Shown here one piece after another: positions 13,115 to 25,191 of a stretch of 64,000 nt of DNA. The notes below the pieces were generated by a model. That model was not told the origin of the DNA. It saw only the letters and a program-made list of their open reading frames with translations, and ran no database searches. Made by a program: the position numbers and the translations under genes. Every line of letters starts with the position of its first letter. Within the stretch, counting starts at the first letter, position 1. Origin of the DNA: Fistulifera solaris (Eukaryota); contig AP026141.1 in assembly GCA_030295235.1 (NCBI GenBank), positions 124,001 to 188,000 of the forward strand, in the 5' to 3' direction.

Positions 13115-13452
13115 TGAAATACAACTTGTCCAGAATTTCCGGACTAGCTCAGATTTTCTGTAAGAATCAAATATTACTGGTCCAGAATTTCTGGAGCAGC
13201 CCAGATTTTCCGTATGAATGAAATACAACTGGTCCAGAATTTCTGGACCAGCCCAGATTTTCTGTGTGAATCAAATATTACTGGTCCAGAATTCCTGGAC
13301 CTGCCCAGATTTTCCGTATTCCGTATTAATGAAATACAACTGGTCCAGAATTTCTGGACCAGCCCAGATTTTACAACTGGTCCAGAATTTCTGGACCAGC
13401 CCAGAATGAAATACAACTGGTCCAGAATTTCTGGATTTGCTCAGATTTTCTG
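13115..13452. repeat. ~51-bp tandem repeat with 23-bp palindrome CTGGTCCAGAA-T-TTCTGGACCAG, ~7 units
   Basis: Read directly; GAAATACAAC and CAAATATTAC unit variants alternate. Confidence 0.9.
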
Positions 13453-13719
13453 CAATGTTGCCATTTATTATAGGCCGTCTTTGAGTGAAAACTCCACACC
13501 CCGGATTTTTAGGGCAACTCTATGCGATCATGATGTTATTTTCAATTCATTACCTGCCCTACGTTATTTGTTACACAATACAATAATAAACGTCAGCTAT
13601 CATCGCGGCAAACGACAGCGGAAAGTCTGTTATCTTGTAAACGCGATACAGAGAGCACGGTTGCCTTTGGCACTGGGACTGAGCTTCCTACTTTGTCTCT
13701 CCTCAAGACGTAGACTGGT

Positions 13720-14460
13720 GACTTTCAAACTATTTCGTGCCTTTTTCTACACAATCCAAACAATGTCGACGCCGCGCCGAAGGTAGACACAGCAACATCG
13801 TAACTCTTTCCCTCCATAGACGACCGGGTCATAAAAATCAAGGCACCGAATTCGAACGCGCTCTGTTAACGCACTCGACAGATCCTCTGGTTTTTACTAC
13901 TGTCATGATAACATCCACTTTCTCATTGATCGACAAGAAATGAGCACGAAAGCAAACAAGGACTTGCGGTTCGACACTGAAAATCTTTACCGCGCACTCA
14001 AAGCGGCAGGGTCGGGGCGGACACACGCACTTCTCAGCTCCGTTGGCGAAGGATAGATAAGACCATTCACTCAGTGATCCGCGACGTGCATTCGTGCGTC
14101 ATCGACGACATTGCCAAAATCTGTCACACGATCGTTGGAACAAAAACTCTTGTTGATTTGCAAGGCCAATTTACCGTGTCTTTCATGCCGTCGCGATTGA
14201 AAGCGACAAGGTGAAAACTCTCCCAGGCCACTTATTGGCAAAGACGATTCGGACCTCCCGATCGAGGCACTTGAGAGTTGGATATTTGATTGCGAAACTG
14301 CAAGCAAGCAATCCAGGATAGAATAGGCCATCGGGCGTCGATCCGACCACAATATTCGTCTCAGTATCAAACAATTCCGATGGTTTCTGTCGCATCTGCT
14401 GCTCCGTTGCCTCCTTGCATGCAACTGGAACCTCCCCTTCGTTCCACCGCAGCAGTTTTT
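13720..14460 (-). pseudogene. Degenerate duplicate of the 3' part (~15060-15960) of the neighbouring repeat-domain surface protein gene
   Basis: IVVGSTPDGLFYPG vs LVVGSTSAGLFYPG; VDVIMTVVKTRGSVECVNRARS vs VDVSVTVVKGACGSVECIEGARS. Reading frames are broken. Confidence 0.7.
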
Positions 14461-14883
14461 AATCAAGGACGATATGTTTCGCCTAGCTCGGTTTTCATGA
14501 AGAAGCATTTCAAGTTATCACATTTTCCTTTCAGCCCTATAGCTTGGGGCCTCACTCACACTATGATCACCGCAAAAGAATTGTTCCATCAACCTCTGAA
14601 ACGAACGAGATGGCATGATGCGTGATTTGAAGAGAAACCCGCCCAACAGGCTTTCTGAATTCCACCAGAAGCAGAATAGAGTGTTTATTCTTATTAACGC
14701 ACGACTTTTGATGCACTTAATCAAGGATATGATCTATGAATTTGCATTGACAGATGAAATACTATTGTCTAGGTGAAGCAATTTAACTCTTTAGAGTGTC
14801 TATGGCGTTTTTTGTTTCGTGTATTGCAATTTGTATCTCATTCATTACGCTGCGATCACCTGCCTTTGATGGCACTTCGTTGA

Positions 14884-17800
14884 TTAGAAATAGAATGCTA
14901 AAATCATCGCAAAACCGGCCAAGAGAGAAATTCCTCGAATTGCGCCAACACCCGAGTTTGCCTGAAGCGCACGAACTCTTCGTCCTGGGCTTGGCGTGGG
15001 GACCGAGGTCGATGATGCATCACCCTCTAGTGGGTACACCGGATAACCGTAACCAAACATTTTCGTGCCGTCTTCGTACACCATCAGCACAAATTCGTCA
15101 TCGGATTCCGAGCAGCATGTAGACACAACAATATCATACGTTTCTCCCGCTACAGACGGCCAGGTGAGTGACCTGGGGGAGTAAGATTCAGAACGTGCTC
15201 CTTCAATGCATTCGACGGATCCGCAAGCTCCTTTGACGACTGTTACAGAAACGTCCACCAATTGATTCATTGTCGACTGTGAAATGAAAGTGGAAGCAAC
15301 TAAGGATTTGCCGTTTCCGACGACGCTGAACACCTTCGACCGTGCCCCAGAAACGACGTAGTGTCCTTCGTACTCACAGATGGTTTCGTTACCGTCGGTT
15401 CCGTTACCAGATGATAAATATGACCAACCGTTTAAGGATCCGACGTGCATCAGTCCGTCCTCTGTGACATTGCCGAGAGCTTTCACGTCATTGCACGGAT
15501 CGCCAGAATTTGAACTCTTGCTGAATCGCACAGCAAAGTCGCCGACAGCATTCATGTCACAGCAACCGTGAACGACTAGGTAGAGATTCTGCCCTTCCTT
15601 TCCTTCCCAAGTTACTTGTCGGTAGTCATGTCTTCCATAACATTCGATGCCGCCCGAACCATCGGCTTGGAAAGGGACAACTGAGCCTCGAATCCAAACC
15701 CGGACACGCGAGCAGTAAAGAAGCCTGCTCCTGTGTCAAGTTTGTACACGGTAGCTGGAGAATCGACTGGAGCGTTACAAATGGGCGATCCAGGATAGAA
15801 GAGTCCAGCTGAAGTCGATCCTACCACAAGTTTCGTCTCATTTCCAACGGATTCGATCATTTCTGTTGCGTCTGCTGTTACGTTTCCAGCAACAACTTTC
15901 TTGGCGTGCAGGTTGAACGTCCCTCCACTTCCCCCCGGCACTGCAACAGTCTCCGATTAGAATGGTGTACGTCTCGCCTAATTCGGTTCCCACCAAGAAG
16001 CTGCCTGTATAGGCGTTCGTGGGCAAGCATTCCAAATTATCGCAACCGCCCATTACCACGGTCGCTTGGGGGCTAAAATTGTAAGCTTCACTCACGCTAA
16101 ACATGTATGCACTTCCATCACCAGTTAGAGTGAACGTTGCGGCACGGGTTACCACAGAGGAATATCCATATTCTTGATTACATGAGGTGGGAAGTGAATA
16201 CAAAGGAGCAGAGACCGTACTGCCCTCAAACATCGCGCCCTCGTCTGGAATTGTTCCCAAATCAACTGCGCTTTCATTTTCGCATATCTGCGCCGTATCC
16301 AAAGGCTTCACGTCAACTTGGAAGTTTCCGGTTGAGTACCAGTCATAACTATTGCCAATCAGAACGTGATAGGTGACTCCAGATTTGGCATTCCAGACGG
16401 AAGCGGGAACCATGGGTTCGATCTCATAGCTGCTTGCGCCAGTAAGGCAATCGATGGTATCGCAATCTGTTAAAACTGTCACCTGAGGGTAGAAATTCGA
16501 TTGATCGGCCTTGACCGTGGCCATCATTGGTCCGTCAACCTCTGAAACGAACGAAAAGACACGAGCACGCGAAAAGGCCGAATAAAAGTTGCAGAAGTTC
16601 AACTCCCTGTAAAAGGCAGCTGCTACCATTGTACCGTTGACCGTTCGACCTGCACTACCTACTGTTCCTAGATCAGTTGCATCGGCGCACGGAGTCTTGC
16701 TGGACACAGGGGATAATTTCAAGTTGAAAGACTCCCGATTTTCTGGGTAATCATTGTAGACTGCCAGGTAGTACGTCTCACCGGCCACCGTATCGATTGC
16801 GAGATAGCTATTGTAGTTGTCACCCTGAAGGCATTGTGGCGTCTCGTCGCATGAACCAACATTAAAAAGGGCCAACCTGACTTGTCCGATGTACACATTT
16901 GGGTTTGCATGAACAGCGTAGGCAACATAGGTATTTCCGTCACCTGTAATCTTGTAGATCATCGCCGGGCTATTGATAGGACCTGTCACCGCAACAGAGG
17001 ACGACGAGATCGATGAAGTCTGTTGATCTGGCGCCGACACGGTATAGGTTTCTTCGTAGTAAACCTCCGAGTGGCAAGCAAATAGATCCTTGTACACTTT
17101 CCCTTTCGAAAGGTCGATGGCCGTCGAAAACTCGCCGGAAGAGAGATCCGCCTCTGCAGAGTCTTCGCAAAAATCGCCATACCCGGTAGTATTCACCGTC
17201 AAGCGAAAGTCCGAAACATCGGCAGAGCAGCACGAGTAGACAGAAATGAGATAGGTACTACCGGCTTCCTCGTTGTGGAAGGTAAGCACGTTATTGCTGC
17301 TTCGAGGCATGGATAGATAGTCTCCTCCCGGGACTTCCGTCGGGACTTGGGTAGGATCGGTGACTAAGCCAGCGTCGCCATATACTACCTCCCCGGCTGC
17401 ATTCACGGAATCTTCCGCGTACATTGGGGGATAGCCATATCCGTTGTTCATCGGAGCGGTGCAGGTGTAATTGCTCGCGCAACTTCCTTGATACACCGTG
17501 ACATAGGAATCCCCACCTTCCACAATTACTGAAACAGAAACATCCGGCTCACCAACAGTAACCTTGTACAGTACTGAAGCCGATTGTGACTGGTAGTCAC
17601 ACTGCGGAAGATCCGTGACAAAAACGCTGTTCTCGGGTCCGCCCAGTTTCTGCAAGGAGCCTGTGGTGGAGTTGACCGTCCCGAGATCAATGGGAAGGAC
17701 CGCGCTGTCACCGCCGCAAATGGGATTCGTTTCCACTGTTTCCAGCTGGAGAATAAAGTCGCTAGCCGACAAGCTCATGAACGAATACACAACAATGGTG

Positions 17801-18390
17801 TACAACTGCCCCGCCTTTGCGTGCCAACGGGCGCCCTGATAGTACTGACCGGCAACGCAATTGCTGGACATTGCGGGGTCGATGACCACGCTCTTGCTAT
17901 TCCCATTGCCGTTGTTATTGTTGTTATTATTGTTCCCACTGCCGTTGCCATTGTTTCCACTGTTACCGTTGCCGTTGTTACCCGAACCATCGGTAGCGCC
18001 AGCAGCGGCACCTGTTTCACCGGGGCACCCTTCAAACACAGCCATTTCACTGGCGGATCCGAACGGACCGGAAAGCAAGAAGACATCCAACATCGCCCCT
18101 GTGCCTTCAATCTGGTACACGCTGGCTGGGACGGGGGTTTGCTGATAGAACGAGCAATCCGAGAAGGAGAACATCTTGGAATGAGTTCCGGTAGCAATCT
18201 TGGGATTGCCGTCCGTGGGGACCGTAAGCGCAGTTGTATCTTCACAGAGAGAACCCACTTCGGTGAGAGGGATTCCCACAGGGGCATCAAGAGGCGGCTC
18301 CGTCGAAATCACTTCTTCGGCAGCAGCCGAAGAAAGGACACCACAGAGGATGATCATCGACGCCTTGAGCGAGCGTACGTTGAGAATCAT
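14884..18390 (-). CDS. Large secreted/cell-surface protein with multiple Cys-containing beta-rich repeat domains and hydrophobic C-terminus
   Basis: Signal peptide, repeated modules (..V.V..G.C....C...W....G.TY.I.V..CC....F.L), a GN-rich insert and C-terminal GISLLAGFAMILAFYF. Three ORFs are joined across apparent frameshifts (~15935, ~15650). Confidence 0.7.
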
Positions 18391-20252
18391 GATCTCTGTT
18401 GCAAACTTAGAGGTAAGGTTACTGTGAACAAAGAACGATTTGTTGGGTGAGAGTCTTGCTTCGACGATGATTATTCTCGCTCGTCTCTCAACGTTCTGCA
18501 ACGTCGTTCTCTCTTTCTTTGCGTACCTTTAAGAAACTGTCGAACAAGCGAGCCGTATATTTATGATTATTTGTTTGGTGAAGAAACAGCAACGCAAAGA
18601 TTTGTGAGATTGTGTGAAAAAGGATAAGAACTTGATCAACAGCGCGTGCTTCTTGTGTTTTGTTGCTTTCGAAGGCTTCACATTTTTTTCACGAGGGCAC
18701 GACACGAGTTAAACTCGTTAAGATTTGCAAGTAACGGTCTCTCACTCAATTGTCCTAAGTGTAAAATATCAAATATCACAATGTCTCATTCAGTTGGGTC
18801 ATTTTTTGTGTAGAATTTTAAGGAAATCAGTAAGTACTAGATCCAAACGTGCTTCGAAAATGACTTGATTTGGTATCGATTTCACTTCCGAGTGTCGGCT
18901 TCCGCATCGCTCATAATTTCGGTGCCACGATTGATTTGAAAGTTAGAAAATCTTCAGCTACGAAAAAGACCTAACGGGGTATTTGATTTTAAACAATTTT
19001 GAATGCACCTTTCAAAACACAAGCACAGATGAGTGCTTTCTTAACCGCAATCGTAATGCTTTTGGTTGACGCCGTGGCTTATACGATACCCGCACCTACG
19101 TCATACCCTTGCCCCCACGCCAACAATAAGCTGAATTTCTACAGAATTTCTGTAAGTTCCAGCTGTAACTCAAATTCCTGACGACGGCGCGCGACGGGCA
19201 TCGGCTTGAGTCGTGACGGCTGATCGAAAGCGAATAAAAGAGCTCTCTAGATCGATTCCACTGGCGGGACTTTTCGATGGGCGTAAAAAATCAAGGCTAA
19301 CGGCATACTTTAAATCTCAGATCAGAGAATTAGAAGTAATGTTGACGATTCGAACTTTTCGACTTGTATCGAGGAATTTCAGCCCCTCTGGCTTTGACAC
19401 CTTGTCAATCGCAGCTTCATTAGGTCTACCTTTCCTTCTTGCGTTGTCCTTTCTTGTTCAATCTTGACTCCTCGCAGAATATTCCTCTAATTTAGAATTA
19501 GCGCATTCTCTGCTTTCAATTTAAAATGGAATATCAATCGTACAACCTTGATAGTTTTCACCTTTCATAGTCCATGGCTCAGCTCGCCTGAGAGTTCGTG
19601 ACAGGGCGGTCATTCGTGCGGTGTGCGGTGTGCGCCATGCGCCATGCTCCATACCTGGTACCAGTACCGGTACTTCTTTTCTGTTCTCTTGTTTTGTTTT
19701 ACGTGTCAAAGTGACGTATGCTACTGGGATGTCAACGTTTTCCACGTGTTCTTCCGTGGATTCGCAGGTTGGGGTTGGGGATAGGGGATAGGGTTTCTCT
19801 GTTTCTCTTGTTCAATATTATTTCGTCGTAGTCACGGAGTCACGGTATTTCTTTCCTGGAAGGACGTTAAAATTCTGCCTGTCAGTACAAGTTTCTACGT
19901 AGATCCTACGGCGAGGCAGAATTTTAACGTCGTTTCCTGAAGTTTCCAGTTTTCAAAGGTGCGACCGTAAGTTCGGAAGTTCTTTGTCGCAGACAGCGTA
20001 ATTGAGAAAAGTGTATTTGTAGTGACTATAGATTACATTGTACGAGGTACGAGGTCCAGCTTCCAAACAAGAATAGGATGTACTGTAGGGAGCGGGGCTA
20101 CTCCTACATTTTTTCCTCTTTGAGAAGTTCCTCATGTGGCTTGCAAAACGCTTTTGAGAGGTCCGAGACCTCTTATTTTCAAAATAAAAAGCTCTTTGCG
20201 AATGCATGCCATTGACACAAAGTTTACAAAAGTTATGTTGCTAAGCAAGGAA

Positions 20253-21481
20253 ATGGCCAATAGCCCGGAAACAACTGGTTTAATTAACCAAACAGTAGAA
20301 GGGAAGGATAGGATTATGTCGCAACCTTGCGTTACCGAGAGGGAAAACCATGAAAATGGCCCTCAAAGTCACGCGGACCTCGTCTCTCACGCATCGTCCA
20401 CTGTCAACGCTGTGGGGGCCCAGAAGACAGCCAACGACGAACCAGCTGCGAAGCGACAGCGCTTGGATGTAGAAACGGGTACCGAACCGGCACCTGCTCA
20501 AGCTGTCGAGACGAGTACAAGTCAAGAGCAACAACGAGGTAAGTTCCGATGGAAAACTATTTTTGCTTATTCATGCCAAGTAACACTAACAATCTACCAT
20601 CTCCCGATCTTTGCAACACACCTACAAAGATGATCATTCCCTTGAGACGCAACAGGCTCTTCTTCGTCAACTATTGGGAAATGGAAATCAAGCCCCATCC
20701 GCTCAAGACCTCGCGAGTGCCGAGATGGCTGCCAATCTTCGCACTATCATGATTCAGCAGCAACTTCTGCTCAGCGGCGGTTACTTTCCGCCTCAATTTG
20801 GAGCGGCGCCTCCATTTCCTCCCCATTGGAACGTTAGATGCTCTGTCTCGATTGGCGTCCTTGTCGGGTTTTGGGTATCCACCGGCTACGATGGTCGATC
20901 CTCTCACTCGATTGCAACTCTTGCAGCAAATGACTTCACAAGTTACCGAGAGTAGCAGAGCAAGTGCAGCCGCAGGAGGTGTTCTTGGTAGTTTGGCAGC
21001 GCCCAGTGTACCCTCTTTGACGCCTCAGTTAACAGGGCGTCCGGCGGTGCCTCTCGCCATTGAAGCGGATCAACGAACTTTGTCCGAGTTTCAGCGTTTG
21101 GTTCGAAAGCATATTGAGCTTTTTGAAGCCAAACAGGAAGACGTCGAATCGAATGCTCAAGGAAGAAACCGCCCAATTGTACTAGGACAGGTAGGCATTC
21201 GGTGCTGCCATTGCGCGCACCTGCCTCCAAAGTTACGCTGTCGAGGATCTACCTATTACCCTACAACTCTTCAAGGACTCTACCAAGCCGCTCAGAACAT
21301 GGCTACCGGTCACCTTTGCAAGCGATGTAACCACATACCATCGGATCTCCGCGAAGAACTCGTTCGACTAAAAGAATGCAAGTCTTCCGCTGGAGGAGGA
21401 AAAACCTATTGGGGTGACGGAGTTCGTTCGTTGGGTGTATTTGAGGCTCCTACTGGGCTTCGTTTTCTTCCTTTACCCTAA
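20253..21481 (+). CDS. Probable nuclear regulator with diatom-type Cys/His domain
   Basis: NLS-like PAAKRQR, Q-rich region, then LSEFQRLVRKHIELFEA...GRNRPIVLGQVGIRCCHC...YQAAQNMATGHL. Intron at ~20539-20627; frameshift in poly-C near 20820. Confidence 0.65.
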
Positions 21482-21911
21482 ATGCGCATTGACTCAGGCG
21501 TGTTTGATTGCAATAATTCAACGCATGAAAGAGTGAATGAGAGATTCACTTTGTAATCATTGTCGTGGGTCATGCGCGGCGGGCCAAACAATAAGTGCGG
21601 AGAAGAATTAATTACGGCAATCGCATTCAGCAACATTTTTCCGTGAGGGACGTAGCGCCTTGCTGACGTCATTTCCGCCTAAAAATTATTCATCATCTTC
21701 ACAGGATCGATTATTGATAACACGCGCAGGCAATATCAAAGTGCAGATTAGTAAATCAGTTATTTTCATACCCGGTACAATGCATTTCATCCCAAATCCA
21801 CTGAAACTACGATAAACCACAGCAAAAGAATGCTAGGTCCATAGTCTAGAGATATACAAACAATATAAACCCAACGTATCGCTTCACCCAGCTTACAACT
21901 TGATTAACTAT

Positions 21912-23072
21912 CTAACCCTCGTAAGTGCAAGCCGATTCCAGAGTGGTACCCGACACTTGAATGATTTGACGGGCCGCCCAGTGGCCAGCCTTGACACAAG
22001 CTTCCATGTCCTTGCCTTGCACTAACTGAGCCAAGAATCCACCAACAAAAGCATCACCCGCTCCGTTGGTATCGACCAACTGTTCCTTGGGCAAGGCCTC
22101 GACCGCATATTCCGTAACGACACCGTTGTGTGCGACCAAAGTCGATTGACTGCCTTGCGTGAAGATGACGGTGCGAGGACGGCCGTTGTCTTTCTTGGGC
22201 AAGGCCGCGACCGCCAAAGCCACTTGTTTCAAGTCCTCCCCGAGTCCGTTCTTCTTGCCGTAGGCCGCTGCTTCACTTTCGTTTCCAAACAAGAAATCGG
22301 CATATTCCATGGCCGTGGCCAACTGATCTCCAAAGAAATCCACAATGAACGGCGCCGACAAATTCAAGCAAAAGACTTTTTTCTCCGCCACGGCATGTTC
22401 GGCGACTTGCACCAACGATTCGACCGAAACGGTCAAAAAGAATCCGGCGCAGTAATAATATTGTGCCGCTTGCACAATGGCTTTGGCGGGTTCCGTCTCC
22501 AAATGCGTCGGTTTGAAATTGTTGGCGGCCGCCAAGTTGGCCACCAACGCCCGTTCACCGCCCAAAATCAAGGCGGCACACGTTCCGGTCGGCGTCGTCG
22601 CATCTTTCATGTAATGCACCGTGACACCATCTTTGGAAGCACAGGCTTCCAACTGTTCTCCGTACGCGTCATTCCCCACACAGCCCAGAAAGGCGACACG
22701 GTTCGGTTGTTGCGCCGCTTTCAACATCCACTGCGCGACCCGCATTGAATTTTGTGTCGCGCCTCCGGCAATGTATTGCACCTCATAGTTTTGCACCAAT
22801 TCTTGATAGAGGGGTTGATGGGGCTCTTCCGCCAAAATGGCTGTATCGAGTTTGACTTGGTATTTGTCGAGCAAATCTTGACCGACATTGGCGCTGATGT
22901 CGAGTAGTGGGTTTCCCATGCCCATTAAAATGATATCTGTTGATTATAGCAAAAGTTATTTGAAACGAGGAGGCGTTTGGGTGCAAAATGATCGTCGAGT
23001 GAGGCAAATTATTCAATACTTTTCGGCCAAACGAGAGTTGCGAGGACAAGGCTTACCCGAATATTGCGACAT
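21912..23072 (-). CDS. ADK: Adenosine kinase (pfkB family); intron 22937-23056
   Basis: MGNPLLD, AGGATQNS, DTNGAGDAFVGGF. A 16-nt first exon (ATG TCG CAA TAT TCG G|gtaag) splices in frame. Confidence 0.95.
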
Positions 23073-23392
23073 GATAACAGTAAGGTAAAGTATTCAGAAG
23101 AGGAATGAGTGAATCTGAGTAGATTTAATATCAAGTAAGAAAGAGGAAAGTGAAAACGACTTCGAAAATGACGATAGATGCGAAAAAAGGTGAAGAAAAC
23201 GCATTGGCGCGACGATGGTGCGTGGTGGCCAATGGCCAATGGATCGCGGATTCTACACAAAAAGCCTATAGTCACGTTCATACATACGGGTTTCTTTAAC
23301 TTTTCCAACCCAACGAGCATTTGGCGACCTAGCCTAGCATTCTTGGCAACATAAAACAATAGTCATCTTATAGCCATCATCACCAGTTCATT

Positions 23393-24736
23393 CTATCGAG
23401 CGGCTTCTCTTTGATACACATAAACGCCCCGTATTTTCCAATAGGCTTCTTCCAGTGCCTCGGGCTCGGACGCCACGTAAGCATTGCAGGTTGCCACCAC
23501 GTCGTCGGGGACGGCAAACTGTGCCGCCAAATCCGGACAATCCTGCACAAAACGATTGCCCGCCACCGTCCCACAAAAGGCCAAGTTGAAAATAAGTCGC
23601 ATATTCGAGAAATGATCCGACGAACACGAACTGTTGGCCCCAATCGCAAAGTAAGCGTACGGCGCTTCGTGCCAGTCGTCGGGATTAGGTGCCACTGGAG
23701 CATCGGAACCCGCCGACACTAGAGCGTGTTCCAAATTCGCGGGATAACCTTGGGATTGTGGAAAGACCCACGATTTTATGTATCCGTGATCGGGATCCCA
23801 GTCGAGTACGTAGATACCACCCCCTTGCTCGTTAAAGCGTGCTCCCAACGTATTGTTATGAGGATGTGTCACGACACAACCTTGATTGCTCCACTGATGC
23901 GGTGCCAGTACCCAACAATTGTCGGCCGGAACACTGGTATTGTGATCCAATAGACCCGTAAATGTGTTCGGAATCCCCGTCGAACGATCCCAATCTCCCG
24001 TTTGAGCGTACGGCGGCACTTGGGCGTACATACTGCACGACTCGGACGTGTGGAGGGCCGTCTTGGCGTAGCTTTGATTGTTGACGCCTTCCACAATATC
24101 AATTTCGCCGTTATAGGGCCAGTGGTCCTCGTCCGTCAACCAAAAGGCCGGCCATGTTCCGCATCCAGCCGGTATGTGGTCGACGTGTAACACAAAAAGA
24201 CCCCGATCAAATCGCCGTTTTCCTTCCAAACGGATCGAAAAGCGCTGTTTGCCGGCATTGGGCGCGGATTTCATGATGAGGGCACCGTCGGAATGGATCT
24301 GAAGTAATTTTAGTTGATGCGCTCGTTTTCGACTCACGTACGTTTGGAAGCCGGCGGAACCGGCGGAATCGGGGCCGTCCAAGAAATCGTAGTAGTTTAA
24401 CAAATCTTCTCCTTGTTGCAATTCGATTAATCGAAAAGGGCCCGTGTAGTGTGTATTGTTATTGTGTGAATGTGTTTTAGGGTTCGATGCCTGTTGTTGC
24501 TGATTCCGAGCATACCATCCGAGCAGAAATGTGGCAATACTCATGAATAAAAATCCTATAGCTCGACTACTACAGAGAACGAGCGTTTGACGATGACGCT
24601 GTTGCGACTTTCGATTGTCTTGACTGTCGATTGACAGATGAATGTCACGATCACATGACGTCGAATCATCGGCTTCTTCTTCGTCCCTCTCATTCTTATT
24701 ACGAGACAGCAGTGCTGTTGATTCGTGTGGTGACAT
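23393..24736 (-). CDS. GH16 beta-1,3-glucanase/transglycosylase, membrane-anchored
   Basis: GCGTWPAFW...WPYNGEIDIVEGVN catalytic motif, FNLAFCG, N-terminal TM segment. Confidence 0.9.
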   Translation of the reverse strand: MSPHESTALLSRNKNERDEEEADDSTSCDRDIHLSIDSQDNRKSQQRHRQTLVLCSSRAIGFLFMSIATFLLGWYARNQQQQASNPKTHSHNNNTHYTGPFRLIELQQGEDLLNYYDFLDGPDSAGSAGFQTYVSRKRAHQLKLLQIHSDGALIMKSAPNAGKQRFSIRLEGKRRFDRGLFVLHVDHIPAGCGTWPAFWLTDEDHWPYNGEIDIVEGVNNQSYAKTALHTSESCSMYAQVPPYAQTGDWDRSTGIPNTFTGLLDHNTSVPADNCWVLAPHQWSNQGCVVTHPHNNTLGARFNEQGGGIYVLDWDPDHGYIKSWVFPQSQGYPANLEHALVSAGSDAPVAPNPDDWHEAPYAYFAIGANSSCSSDHFSNMRLIFNLAFCGTVAGNRFVQDCPDLAAQFAVPDDVVATCNAYVASEPEALEEAYWKIRGVYVYQREAAR

Positions 24737-24854
24737 TCTGTTCCTTTTTTGGGTATGTTGATTAATAATGTTATTTATTGCAATAAAGAAAAAGAAATAC
24801 GATAATGTTTCATCTTCCTTATCACCATCGACAAACGCGTGTTGCGATAAAAGT

Positions 24855-25020
24855 GTTCACGTCTCCAGAAAAAATGTGGGCGTGTGCTTTTTTCACATCT
24901 CCAGAAAATGTGTAAATGTTTTATTTTCACTTTCCCAGAAATGTGGGCGAGTGCTTTTTCGCGTTCCCAGAAAATGTGGGCGGGTCTTTGTTTCGCGTGT
25001 CCAGAAAATGTGGGAGTGTG
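24855..25020 (-). repeat. Five units of the ~34-bp repeat family (reverse orientation)
   Basis: (T/C)CCAGAAAATGTGGGCG...TTTCAC/CGC units; the reverse complement matches the 12.6-13.0 kb unit. Confidence 0.8.
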
Positions 25021-25191
25021 ATTGAGGTATCCTGAAAGACCGCAATTTTGCTTGTGTGCGACAAAAAGAGTCATTTTCGACACGAGACTCTTTTTGTTAT
25101 CATCACCTGTCCTTATCGCATGCTATAATTACTCGTCTTTACCCTTGTTGTGTTTTGCAGAGCATAATCGAAGAATACTTTGTGAAAACGA

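Noticed and set aside
12617..13452. CRISPR-like appearance of the palindromic arrays
   Set aside because: The inter-repeat segments are homologous to each other rather than unique spacers. No cas genes, and the context is eukaryotic.
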